Of a stretch of DNA of 64,000 nt, positions 53,752 to 63,414 are shown piece after piece. Origin of the DNA: an uncultured bacterium. GTDB taxonomy: Bacteria > Cloacimonadota > Cloacimonadia > Cloacimonadales > TCS61. Within the stretch, counting starts at the first letter, position 1. Every line of letters begins with the position of its first letter. Below the pieces are notes generated by a model, which saw nothing but the letters and a program-made list of their open reading frames with translations, ran no database searches and was not told the DNA's origin. Position numbers and translations under genes: made by a program. The stretch covers positions 30,665 through 94,664 of the forward strand of contig CBDUTJ010000004.1 in NCBI GenBank assembly GCA_965370415.1, given 5' to 3'.

Positions 53752-55320
53752 ATGAAAAATAAAAAAATATTAGTTTTAATCTTTTGCCTTTTACCTTTTT
53801 CCTTTCTTATTGCCGATAACTACATGGACCAACTTGCTTACTTAGAAGGTGAGCACCCGCGTTCTTGGTTCGGAAACACTTTAGCGGCACTCGATTTTAA
53901 CGGAGACGGCTACGATGATCTGGTTGTATCTTCACCAGCAATAAATTACACTGGCAGATTATATTTCTACCTAGGAGCAGAAGAATTCGATGATCAGGTT
54001 GATTTCACATTATCAGGTGTACTTGGAAATTATTTAGCTTCCTACCTCACTAACCTTGGCGACATAAACGGAGATGGTTGCGAAGATCTGGGGTATTCCT
54101 GCCAGGATGCAGACAGCTTGTATTTAAATATACTTCTTGGTAATACCGAACAGGATACAATACCGGATTTTGTGATGAGTAGATACGAATATGATTATAA
54201 CGCATCATCAATCCGTACACTTGGTGACATTAACAATGATGGATTTGATGATGTGGGAATTACATGGCGTCGTCATTTTATGTTCGATCCTGATGAGTTA
54301 ATAGAGTTCTTTATAATATTGGGAAGTCCTGAAATTAGTGAGCCACAGTTACTATTCGTAAAAGGTAGTGTTAATTATGGATTTAGTGGTGTTGGAGATG
54401 TGAACAACGACGGCTTTGATGACTTTTGTGTTGGTTATTGTGATGACTATTATACTAATAATCTATATTATGGTAGCACGGTAATCGATACAACAAACTT
54501 TGTTTGCCTTTGGGAAGCAGAATCTACTAATATGACACTCGGTTTACCGGCGGGAGATTTGAATAATGACGGTTTTGCAGACTTTGGAGGACATTTCTCC
54601 TGGGATGTAGATATTTGGTTTGGGAGTGACAACATTACGCAAAGTTATGATTTAACTTTGATTTATGGCAATGGAGGTGGTGGTCAGGATTTTGGCTTCG
54701 ATCACGGAGATTTGAATAATGACGGTTTTAGTGATATGGTTCTCGGTTCGCCAAATTGGGGATTGAATGGAGCCGCTTTTCTCTATTTGGGTAATGAAAC
54801 ACCTAATAATTCTGTCGATATTGAATTTGAAGAACCACCGGGTGTGCACCATCGTTTTGGGAAAGCGGTAGCTATTGGAAGATTTGACGGTGATGAATAC
54901 GAAGACCTCGCAATCGCAGGCCCTGAGGAAACATCAACCGGACCAAATCCCGGTTATGTTTATGTTCTTGCCGGCAATTGCGATTTGGAAGATTTAGTAG
55001 ATGTGGAAGAAAATGTAATTCCAGCAGTAAAGGAAATAACATTTAATGCTTATCCGAATCCTTTTAATCCAATTGTTACTTTCGAAATAAAAGCAGATGG
55101 TTATGAAAAACTTCAAATTGAAATCTTTAATGTAAAAGGACAGATTGTTGAGAGGATTGATGCGTTCCCAAACAGGGGTTTGGGAACGAGTAATGTCGGA
55201 CGAGGTGAAACAATAACTTGGAATGCAGAGAAACAAGCTTCCGGTGTCTATTTTTGTAAACTCGTTAACGTCGGGACAGGGAAAATCCTGTCTGTAAAAA
55301 AAGTAACATTGTTGAAGTAA
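53752..55320 (+). CDS. FG-GAP repeat protein with T9SS C-terminal sorting domain
   Basis: 522 aa with a signal peptide and repeated DxNxDGxxD calcium-type motifs (DFNGDGYDD, DINGDGCED, DINNDGFDD, DVNNDGFDD, DLNNDGFAD, DLNNDGFSD). The CTD is AYPNPFNPIVTFEI...GVYFCKLVNVGTGKILSVKKVTLLK. Confidence 0.7.
   Translation: MKNKKILVLIFCLLPFSFLIADNYMDQLAYLEGEHPRSWFGNTLAALDFNGDGYDDLVVSSPAINYTGRLYFYLGAEEFDDQVDFTLSGVLGNYLASYLTNLGDINGDGCEDLGYSCQDADSLYLNILLGNTEQDTIPDFVMSRYEYDYNASSIRTLGDINNDGFDDVGITWRRHFMFDPDELIEFFIILGSPEISEPQLLFVKGSVNYGFSGVGDVNNDGFDDFCVGYCDDYYTNNLYYGSTVIDTTNFVCLWEAESTNMTLGLPAGDLNNDGFADFGGHFSWDVDIWFGSDNITQSYDLTLIYGNGGGGQDFGFDHGDLNNDGFSDMVLGSPNWGLNGAAFLYLGNETPNNSVDIEFEEPPGVHHRFGKAVAIGRFDGDEYEDLAIAGPEETSTGPNPGYVYVLAGNCDLEDLVDVEENVIPAVKEITFNAYPNPFNPIVTFEIKADGYEKLQIEIFNVKGQIVERIDAFPNRGLGTSNVGRGETITWNAEKQASGVYFCKLVNVGTGKILSVKKVTLLK
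55165..55190 (+). repeat. 26-nt palindromic block inside a T9SS CTD coding region, identical to 34312-34337
   Basis: TTCCCAAACAGGGGTTTGGGAACGAG. With G55164 it forms the perfect 10-bp hairpin GTTCCCAAAC-AGGG-GTTTGGGAAC (55164-55187) and encodes FPNRGLGT. Confidence 0.85.
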
Positions 55321-55433
55321 TGCTCCCCTTTGTACCGTGTCTGACTTTTTAATCGCCTTTGGTGATTTGACGGAAGGGGAGACAAACGAACAGAGTTCGC
55401 TTAGAGGGGTTTTAAACCAAAACAAAGGAGGAA

Positions 55434-58400
55434 ATGATGTTTTGTAAAAAAGTAGTTGTTAGTGCAATTCTAACATTATTGATCGTAAGTGGTCTTTTCG
55501 GATTATATTCCGATGATTTTATCCTGGGTTCATATACCTATTTACGAGGTTATTCTGATGAAACTTATTTTCAATACCTATCTGAAGCCAATTATAATTG
55601 CCTTAATGCCAGTATAATTGATGAGAGCATACAATCATTGTACCAGAAATCAGATGATTATAACCTGGATATAATTCTTCATGACCATATCTGGCAGCCC
55701 GGGAATGGAGCAGTAGGTGTTTATTATCTTACAAGTTCAAATAACTATTACTATGAAGCAGAATATTCGGAAATTGGAGAAACATTTCCGGGAGAAGATT
55801 TAGCTGATAAATTCTATTATCGAATTCATAGAGAAGAAGGTTTGGGTGATAGTTTTCAGGACATAGAAAATGGAGCATCAAATGACTGGGTCTGGCAATG
55901 CTTAGAAGGAACCCACGATCCCGGAGTGGTATGCGACACACTTTTCTGGAAATGGCAGAAACTTGAAGACGATGAATGGGTGGATAAACATGTGGAAAAA
56001 GAAATACTTCTACCCAAACAAAATTCTCTATTTATTATGGACACATTATATTTTGAGTTCCAATTGAAAATTGATGATCTTTCCCATCCTGATGATACAC
56101 CGATCTGCGACTTTGATTTTTATATTTCAACTAAAGAGGGAAATCATTATATACAAAACAATTTAACACTAAATAGTTGCAGTCCATTTGTGTATGATAA
56201 CGAACTTAGCGTAGGTGAATATAATAATCATGACCCATATAACCCGAATTACAAAACTTTTTCATTTTATGCACTTGTAGATGAAATAGACGAGAATTTG
56301 ATATTCGATTACGATTCATATCATCCTTTGCTTAGGAACATTAATTTCAAAGTTTACTGGCATGGAAACGGTAACCTTTACCTTGATCGTTTCAGGATCT
56401 ATGATGATATCTACAGGAAATTAGAGGAAGGGATTTATGATAATATGCTTATCACTCGTGTTGCATCATTAAAAACAGGTGCACCAAACCTGAAGTTCTT
56501 ATACAGTAAAGATGAACCAGCTCAGCCGCAATTCGATTCATACAGGTTAGTTGAGGATATACTCGATGGCAGCCAATGTGACAGCTTAATAACCGCTGTG
56601 AATAAAAAAGGTTGTTGGTATGGTGTTGATAATTATTTTCATCATGAGTTATTTGAATACATATCGGAACCGGAGCAGATAATGTTCGATATGTATCCAT
56701 GTGCCAGTGATACAAAATGGAATTGTTCACCTAATATAACGGTTTATCATATTCAAGATCGTATTCAAAACATGATGTTTTGGTATAAAGATATAAAGGA
56801 GGAGATATGTGAAACCGAAAACATAGATTTTTTTTGTATTCCTCAAACTCAAGGTGTATATTATGTAGAGCCGGGGCATTTTAATAATCCTGACCGACAT
56901 TGGGGAAGCATGCGACCTCCGTCTAATATGCAAAAGTGTCTTCAGTTTCTTCCTTTATGCTATGGAGCAGACGGTATAGTTGATTACAAACTTATTTCAC
57001 ATTACAATTATGGTTCAAGAAGCGAGGAAAATAATGAACCCGTAGAAGGAGATATTGACTTTATGTTTGAAGATTCTTCTCGTGATGTTTATCACAGGCT
57101 AGCATTAATTGATAAATATGGTGATGTAAACAGTGGTACTCCTATACGCACTCCACAGTATTATGCAATTCAGGAAGCAAATCATGAAATAAGCTATCTT
57201 GGTCCAATTGTAAAATCATTGGAATGGGTTGATGCAGGAACAATCGATACAAATGGAAATTATCTCAACTCTGAATTTGAACCATATTATCAAAATCTTG
57301 AATATATAAGTGTTTCAGGGGATGGCTTCTATTCAGGTTTTATGGAATGTGGTGAGTTTGTAGATACTGAAGGTGACCCTTATTTTATGTTCGTTAATAG
57401 AAGAACAGATTACAGTCATGAAGACTATATGAGTCCCGGTGGATATGCTGTAGGAATTCCAAAAAATACAGATATTGCTTTTTATGATGCAGAACCCCAA
57501 GAAATAGCATTCCACTTCACAGATCCAATGGAAAACTACTACCTGATTAATCAATATACCGGTGGTATTTACGACATTACGAACAGTGTTTCCGAAGCAA
57601 TTTCAATAGAACCCGGAGATGGCATGCTGTTGAAACTTTGCCAGATGCCGGTTCCACAAGAGATAACGGGGACGACTTCAGTTACCAATGCTTATATTCC
57701 CTATAGTGTAACTATTACTTCTACAGGCACACTACTTATCTATGATAATGTAGAATTTGGTCCGCATGCTACTCTAACAATCGAAGATGGCGGTCTCGTT
57801 ATTGTCTGGGGAAATGTACTTTTTGGTGCTAATTCTAAGATAATTGTTGAAGGTGAATTGCAAATAAATCCACAGAATTTGTTAAATACAGTACTCACTT
57901 CAAAAATTAATACTTGGCAAGGTATTGAATGTTATGAAGGTGGGGAAATCTGGGTTCAAAATGAATCGATCATCGAAGATGCTGAAACGGGAATTTTTAG
58001 TGACGGTGGAGAATTGCATATAATCGAAAGCACAATTAGTAATTGTGATTACGCTATTGTTCTATACGATAATTCATCTCTTGAGTTTGATACCAGTACT
58101 ATTAATGTACCTGATAATGAAATAGCAGTCGGTATTTCCATAGTAAATAATTATAATGAATGTGATATTCAAATAACCGGTGGTCCTACACTAGCTAATT
58201 CTAAAATCCAAGGCAATGGAGGAGGAACGGGTATTTTTATTGCTTCAATGATTAATGAAACAGAGAAGAAATTTGCAATAGAAAATACTACATTTAACAA
58301 TTTGGAAGAAGGTATTCATATTGAAGGATCAGAAAAAACTGATGATGAGATATTAGAATGTACATTTAATAATTGTGATACAGGGATATATCTTAATGGT

Positions 58401-59870
58401 TTAGGTAGTATGAAGTATATTCGGAAATGCGGATTTGTTTCCGACTCAATCGGAATCCAACTGAACACTTTTAAAGTTCCTATTATTCACTGTGGTTTTA
58501 TAAGTAATGTGCCTACGGGTTGCGGAATAGAATTCGATTATGTTTCTGGAGTTCCTATAGATTGGCCAGATCCAGGGAAAGCTTCCGTTGATAGTTGTTC
58601 TTTCTATGGTGATATAACCGGAATTAGATGTGTAAATGCTACACCACGGGTTACAAATTGTGCTTTTACTGGAACTGGAATTGGGATTGAAATTTTCAAT
58701 CAGTCATTGATTGATATGTCTAGAAATTCTAATAATTTGTTTGAAAAACCAATACATATTATGTTTAGAGATTCCGGATTGATCAATATCCTAAACGGTC
58801 ATAATGATTTCTGGGATGTTTTGTTTGATTTCATATTCCTTGGCACCTATTACCCATTAAATAGTACACTCAATTGTAATGGTAATTATTGGTCAGATAG
58901 ACCGTTAGACGAATGGTGGCCTTATGATCAATACATAAATATGTTGATCGAACCGGAGAATTTAATAATTGCTGATTATTATAGAATGGATGATTATCCA
59001 AATGTTCCACCGGGTTGGGATGCAGATAATCGTTATGAAGAAGCAGGGATATTAGAAGCAGACGGAAATCCGATAGAAGCATTGGCATTATACACAACAA
59101 TTCTATCTGAACAACTGGAAGAGGAGAAAGGTTTCTGGATGAATTGTATTGATAGAACATTCAATCTTTCGTTACAGTTGAATGAAAATCTATATAGCCT
59201 GGTGCAGTTCTACGATACTTTCATTCTCAATATTCCCGATTTTGTCCCAATCGAAGAAAGGGAAGAACTAATATGCTTTGTAAAGAACTATCAGAAGAAA
59301 GTTTACATAGAAATGGAGAGTTTTCAGGAAGCAGCAGATATTGTTATTATACGTATAGAAGATCCAATTACTCCTGTTGACTCACTATTTGCAGTAATGG
59401 AACTGGAAAGTATCTATTATCTCAGCTCATCTGGTGGCGGAAGATCGAATGTAATGACATCATATCCACAACATGAACCGGAGGATTGCAAACAACTTCA
59501 GAAATGGCATGAAGATCACTGGAATGAGATATCCGCTCTTTTAGGTATTGGGGAAAAAATTGAAAATGAAATTAATCAAAATATTCCACTTGTTCCAGTT
59601 CTTAATGGTAATTACCCTAACCCGTTCAATCCTGAAACAAAAATTGCATTTTCAATTCCTGAAGACAGTAAAGTAAATCTTACAATTTATAACATTAAAG
59701 GACAGAAAGTAAAAACACTTGTAAATGATCAACTGGAAAAGGGATTTCATGAGATTATCTGGAATAGTAAAGACAACAATGGTAAGTCTGTAGCATCCGG
59801 TGTTTATTTCTACAAATTCGATGTTAACAGTAAGACAAAGGGTGTTAAGAAAATGCTGTTGTTGAAATAG
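55434..59870 (+). CDS. Very large secreted protein with unknown N-terminal region, parallel beta-helix repeats and T9SS C-terminal sorting domain
   Basis: 1478 aa with a signal peptide and central PbH1-like repeats (ISNCDYAIVLYDNSSL, FNNLEEGIHIEGS, FNNCDTGIYLNG, CSFYGDITGIRC). The CTD is NYPNPFNPETKIAFSI...GVYFYKFDVNSKTKGVKKMLLLK. Confidence 0.7.
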   Translation: MMFCKKVVVSAILTLLIVSGLFGLYSDDFILGSYTYLRGYSDETYFQYLSEANYNCLNASIIDESIQSLYQKSDDYNLDIILHDHIWQPGNGAVGVYYLTSSNNYYYEAEYSEIGETFPGEDLADKFYYRIHREEGLGDSFQDIENGASNDWVWQCLEGTHDPGVVCDTLFWKWQKLEDDEWVDKHVEKEILLPKQNSLFIMDTLYFEFQLKIDDLSHPDDTPICDFDFYISTKEGNHYIQNNLTLNSCSPFVYDNELSVGEYNNHDPYNPNYKTFSFYALVDEIDENLIFDYDSYHPLLRNINFKVYWHGNGNLYLDRFRIYDDIYRKLEEGIYDNMLITRVASLKTGAPNLKFLYSKDEPAQPQFDSYRLVEDILDGSQCDSLITAVNKKGCWYGVDNYFHHELFEYISEPEQIMFDMYPCASDTKWNCSPNITVYHIQDRIQNMMFWYKDIKEEICETENIDFFCIPQTQGVYYVEPGHFNNPDRHWGSMRPPSNMQKCLQFLPLCYGADGIVDYKLISHYNYGSRSEENNEPVEGDIDFMFEDSSRDVYHRLALIDKYGDVNSGTPIRTPQYYAIQEANHEISYLGPIVKSLEWVDAGTIDTNGNYLNSEFEPYYQNLEYISVSGDGFYSGFMECGEFVDTEGDPYFMFVNRRTDYSHEDYMSPGGYAVGIPKNTDIAFYDAEPQEIAFHFTDPMENYYLINQYTGGIYDITNSVSEAISIEPGDGMLLKLCQMPVPQEITGTTSVTNAYIPYSVTITSTGTLLIYDNVEFGPHATLTIEDGGLVIVWGNVLFGANSKIIVEGELQINPQNLLNTVLTSKINTWQGIECYEGGEIWVQNESIIEDAETGIFSDGGELHIIESTISNCDYAIVLYDNSSLEFDTSTINVPDNEIAVGISIVNNYNECDIQITGGPTLANSKIQGNGGGTGIFIASMINETEKKFAIENTTFNNLEEGIHIEGSEKTDDEILECTFNNCDTGIYLNGLGSMKYIRKCGFVSDSIGIQLNTFKVPIIHCGFISNVPTGCGIEFDYVSGVPIDWPDPGKASVDSCSFYGDITGIRCVNATPRVTNCAFTGTGIGIEIFNQSLIDMSRNSNNLFEKPIHIMFRDSGLINILNGHNDFWDVLFDFIFLGTYYPLNSTLNCNGNYWSDRPLDEWWPYDQYINMLIEPENLIIADYYRMDDYPNVPPGWDADNRYEEAGILEADGNPIEALALYTTILSEQLEEEKGFWMNCIDRTFNLSLQLNENLYSLVQFYDTFILNIPDFVPIEEREELICFVKNYQKKVYIEMESFQEAADIVIIRIEDPITPVDSLFAVMELESIYYLSSSGGGRSNVMTSYPQHEPEDCKQLQKWHEDHWNEISALLGIGEKIENEINQNIPLVPVLNGNYPNPFNPETKIAFSIPEDSKVNLTIYNIKGQKVKTLVNDQLEKGFHEIIWNSKDNNGKSVASGVYFYKFDVNSKTKGVKKMLLLK

Positions 59871-59891
59871 TGGTAATCATAAGAAATATAA

Positions 59892-59922
59892 ACGGGGCTA
59901 TGATTTCAAAGCCTCGTTTTTT
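59892..59922. terminator. Bidirectional rho-independent terminator between convergent genes
   Basis: ACGGGGCT / AGCCTCGT form an 8-bp stem (one G-U) with a 10-nt loop. It is followed by TTTTTT on the plus strand and preceded by an A/T-rich run that serves the minus strand. Confidence 0.6.
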
Positions 59923-59937
59923 ATATCTAATATTAGA

Positions 59938-61062
59938 TTAATCTTCTATTACTTCCACATTGGCACGCGGGATAGTGACTTTTTCACCATTTTCCAGTTC
60001 GGCTTCCAAAATACGGACCATTGTTTCACTTTCTACTTTCGTAAGCTGTTCCGGTAAACCTGTAACTTTGCCGATAACACCAAAATTAGGCTGACGGATA
60101 ACGCGGATGGTGGTTCCTATTTCCAGCGTGGACATCCTGGTTTTAGGTTCTGTGAGCTCTTCTTCCTTGAATTCGATGGGAATAATGATCTCGGGTCGCA
60201 TTACGCCGGCACGGATCTGGGTGATACCGTGAATAGATGCTTTGTGGCCATCGAATTGTTTGAGAAGCCCATAAGTCTTTTTTGCCATATCGATCTTACC
60301 GAAACCTTCGGTAACCACAATGGTGAGCCCCACTTCTTCATGACCGGTAATTGCAACGCCAATATTATAACCGAGAAGTTGTTTCAGATCACGATCATCG
60401 ATGCCACCTGTAATGATACCTGAAACACCAACTTCCTGAGCTTTTTTTATAACTGCATAAGAGACCATTGTACCGCAGACGATTATCTTGTCTTTGCATG
60501 AATCATCGATCATTTTTGCATCTATCAGTTGTTCGGGTGAATCTACCAGCATCTTGATATCGCCGAATCTTTCACCGCCGATGCCGAAAATCCCTTGGAT
60601 ATAAGCAGATTTATTTTCTACTATCACGCCTTCTTCCGGTATAACCTCCACCACAATACCGTCGATAAAAGCTTTTACCTGAACGGGAATACGTGGCTCA
60701 CGCAGTAGCATTTGTCCGGTGATCTTGGAGATATTTTCCACTTCACCATCGATAGGAGCTTTAACAACTGTTTTAAAAAGACCGAAAAAGCCCTTTGTTT
60801 CTGCAATTACGTCACCTTTTGTTATCTTATCTCCAGCTTTGATCTTAAGGAATTGACTAACCAGGTTGGGGGTGGTTCCCAATTTATTGGCAATATTAAA
60901 AGGAACAACTTTGCCCGGCAGAAGTGTTTTTGCCACCATGTCTTCTGCTTTTACCTTATCACCTTTTTTCACCAGAACTTTTCCTTTCAGGGGAAGAATT
61001 CTTTCTTTTTTCAGAACTATACTATCTGTTACGGATAAACCCGGGGAATATGCTTGTGCCAT
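59938..61062 (-). CDS. Conserved hypothetical protein with N-terminal barrel-sandwich (lipoyl/biotinyl-like) fold signature and C-terminal alpha/beta domain
   Basis: 374 aa with AGGAGG upstream. KGKVLVKKGDKVKAEDMVA and ITKGDVIAE look like hybrid-barrel hairpins. No cofactor-binding motif recognised. Confidence 0.5.
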   Translation of the reverse strand: MAQAYSPGLSVTDSIVLKKERILPLKGKVLVKKGDKVKAEDMVAKTLLPGKVVPFNIANKLGTTPNLVSQFLKIKAGDKITKGDVIAETKGFFGLFKTVVKAPIDGEVENISKITGQMLLREPRIPVQVKAFIDGIVVEVIPEEGVIVENKSAYIQGIFGIGGERFGDIKMLVDSPEQLIDAKMIDDSCKDKIIVCGTMVSYAVIKKAQEVGVSGIITGGIDDRDLKQLLGYNIGVAITGHEEVGLTIVVTEGFGKIDMAKKTYGLLKQFDGHKASIHGITQIRAGVMRPEIIIPIEFKEEELTEPKTRMSTLEIGTTIRVIRQPNFGVIGKVTGLPEQLTKVESETMVRILEAELENGEKVTIPRANVEVIED

Positions 61063-61106
61063 TTATTTCCTCCTACTTTTTTGCCACAAAAATGCGCAAA
61101 ATAAAA

Positions 61107-61502
61107 TTATTCATCGTTTTCTTTTGTATTATTGCTGAGAATATATTTTTTTATCTGTAATTTTGGATTCCCAAAATTTATTAAAAGCCCATGCTCGATT
61201 CCGGTAGCACGTAAATATCCTAACAGTTGAGCAATGTGTTCATTTACTAAAGTTGAACATGCTTTTAATTCTACAATTAATTTATTTTCAACGAAAAGGT
61301 CTGCAAAGAAATCTCCTAAAACAGTTCCGTCTTTATCACGGACTTCTATGGGATATTGTTGTTCCACATTCAAACTTTTATTTTTCAACCGGTGACAAAG
61401 AGCATTTTCATAGACTTTTTCCAAATGTCCATGTTTCAGGTAGGAATGAATATCAAAACTTTCTTTCCTGATTGTATCACAGAGTTTAAATATATCTGTC
61501 AC
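61107..61502 (-). CDS. GxxExxY-family protein (PD-(D/E)xK nuclease superfamily)
   Basis: 131 aa with a GTG start. GHLEKVYENAL is the name-giving GxxExxY motif, and DFFADLFVENKLIVELKA supplies D...ExK. The size is typical of the family. Confidence 0.8.
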   Translation of the reverse strand: MTDIFKLCDTIRKESFDIHSYLKHGHLEKVYENALCHRLKNKSLNVEQQYPIEVRDKDGTVLGDFFADLFVENKLIVELKACSTLVNEHIAQLLGYLRATGIEHGLLINFGNPKLQIKKYILSNNTKENDE

Positions 61503-61531
61503 CTTACATACCCTTTTGTGCCTTTTAGCGG

Positions 61532-63400
61532 CTATTTTAATATCTCTTCGGGATAGGCTTTAAATTCTTTCATCCACTTCTTAAGAAGAGGAACACGCTC
61601 GGATGCTTCCAAAGGAAGAGTGAATGGTCTGCGACCGCGAGTATCGAGAACTATTCCAACCACACCACCATGCAGTTCAGTTTTAATTTCCTGTCCTTTC
61701 CCTGCCCCGATATCTAAACCTCTTCCAGGTTTAAGAGTAGCTTTAGCTGTTTCTCCCACGCCGCAGGGCAGCAATCTTATTTCACCGGATTTAATATCTT
61801 CCTGGAATACTTCACCATTTGGAAGCTCGATTTTTACTGTAAGTGCAGTTTTATCTGGTTTAATTTTGCCAACAGGAGCTACGCAACAGCCGAGATAAAT
61901 AAGACAGTCTTTTTCAAAAACTTCGGTTGCAGCTTTTTCACTGATCTCTGCCAGCACGCCAAGTTGGGGCATCATGAAGATACTATCTACAGCCAGCCTG
62001 GTAATGCCTTCCGGCAGGAACGCATCTACCATCATCATTGCAGCCTGGTTTCTACGTGGAGCATGAGAAAGAACACCTCCCGAACCAACCAGCAGATCAA
62101 GCGTCATCATATTCACAATAGATTCACCGGAAGTAGATTGTGAGAATGCTTCCGATATCTCACGCTGTTGCTGGGCCCCTTTCAGTCCCACAGCAAACTC
62201 TTTGTGCTGGATAAAAGCATACTTCAAAGCTTCCTTGGCAATAGCCTGTTCCAGAACAAGTTCTTCCAACTGCTGCGGAATAGTCGTGGGACGGATCATT
62301 TTATTTTTTATCATGTTTCTCAAACCGGATTCATCAATATCGAATGGTACCCAGCGTAAGATCTCTTTCAATCCTGCAGTTGCCAGAACATTGGAAATGC
62401 TGTAACTCAATCCCAGGTTAGCACTCACGGTTCTATTGAAAACTTTGTTTTTAGTAAAAACGGAAAAGATATCTGTAGTAGCTCCACCGATATCCACACC
62501 CAGAACTTCGATATCATGCACTTTGGCAATCGTTTGCATAATGTTTCCTACGGCTGCCGGTGTAGGCATGATGGGGATGTTCACCAGTTTACCATTTTTG
62601 GGACCCTTTACCCAGCTCATCAGTTTATTATAGCCCGGGGCTTGTGCCATAACGTGTTCCATAAAAAGGTCATGGATTTTATCACGGGCAGGACCAAGGT
62701 TTTCATATTCCAGTTTGGGTCGAAGATTATCTGTAATAATAAGGTCTGTTTTCTCTCCCAGAGCATCCTTGATAATATCACGGGCTTTGTTGTTTCCGGC
62801 ATAAATTACGGGAAGTTTATAGCTGGAACCTAAACGTGGTCTAGGGTCGGCAGCGGCTACCAGTTCACCCATTTCCGCAACATGTTTGGTGGTTCCACCA
62901 TCCACACCGCCTGCCATCAATATCATATCTGGGCGCATCTGACGGATACGTTCGATCTTCTCATAATTTGCTCGTTTATCGTTACTGGCGATCAGATCCA
63001 TTACAATTGCTCCAGCACCCAGGGCTGCACGTTCGGCACTCTCGCCGGTCATTTTTGCAACCACACCGGTTACCATCATTTGCAAACCACCACCAGCACT
63101 GCTAGTGGATACGTATGCATCTACACCTTCATTTTCTTTTTCGGATATCCAGACCGTATCGTCTTTAATGAATTTGATACTATCGTCCTTGTATTTCAAA
63201 CGAGCCAATTCTTCCAATTCGGTAACAGCATTTATAACGCCCTTGGTAACGTCGTTCAGCGGTTTTTCCACGGTAGTGGGTGCCTCGCCGCGAACTGTCT
63301 GGCGATATTCACCATCGATGTATTCTATCAGGATCGATTTGGTGGTTGTACTTCCGCAATCTGTAGCAATGATTCTTTTCAGGAGTCGAGCATCTGCCAT
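61532..63400 (-). CDS. GlmL/MutL-family (glutamate mutase L-like) ASKHA ATPase, long form
   Basis: IATDCGSTTTKSILIE, STSSAGGGLQM, MAGGVDGGT and GVDIGGATTDIF are duplicated actin-like ATPase phosphate motifs, as in GlmL-type proteins. I prefer the ATG at 63400 (MADARLL..., GGAGG 5 nt upstream) over the ORF-track TTG at 63412. Confidence 0.75.
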   Translation of the reverse strand: MADARLLKRIIATDCGSTTTKSILIEYIDGEYRQTVRGEAPTTVEKPLNDVTKGVINAVTELEELARLKYKDDSIKFIKDDTVWISEKENEGVDAYVSTSSAGGGLQMMVTGVVAKMTGESAERAALGAGAIVMDLIASNDKRANYEKIERIRQMRPDMILMAGGVDGGTTKHVAEMGELVAAADPRPRLGSSYKLPVIYAGNNKARDIIKDALGEKTDLIITDNLRPKLEYENLGPARDKIHDLFMEHVMAQAPGYNKLMSWVKGPKNGKLVNIPIMPTPAAVGNIMQTIAKVHDIEVLGVDIGGATTDIFSVFTKNKVFNRTVSANLGLSYSISNVLATAGLKEILRWVPFDIDESGLRNMIKNKMIRPTTIPQQLEELVLEQAIAKEALKYAFIQHKEFAVGLKGAQQQREISEAFSQSTSGESIVNMMTLDLLVGSGGVLSHAPRRNQAAMMMVDAFLPEGITRLAVDSIFMMPQLGVLAEISEKAATEVFEKDCLIYLGCCVAPVGKIKPDKTALTVKIELPNGEVFQEDIKSGEIRLLPCGVGETAKATLKPGRGLDIGAGKGQEIKTELHGGVVGIVLDTRGRRPFTLPLEASERVPLLKKWMKEFKAYPEEILK

Positions 63401-63414
63401 TCTTTCCTCCAATT

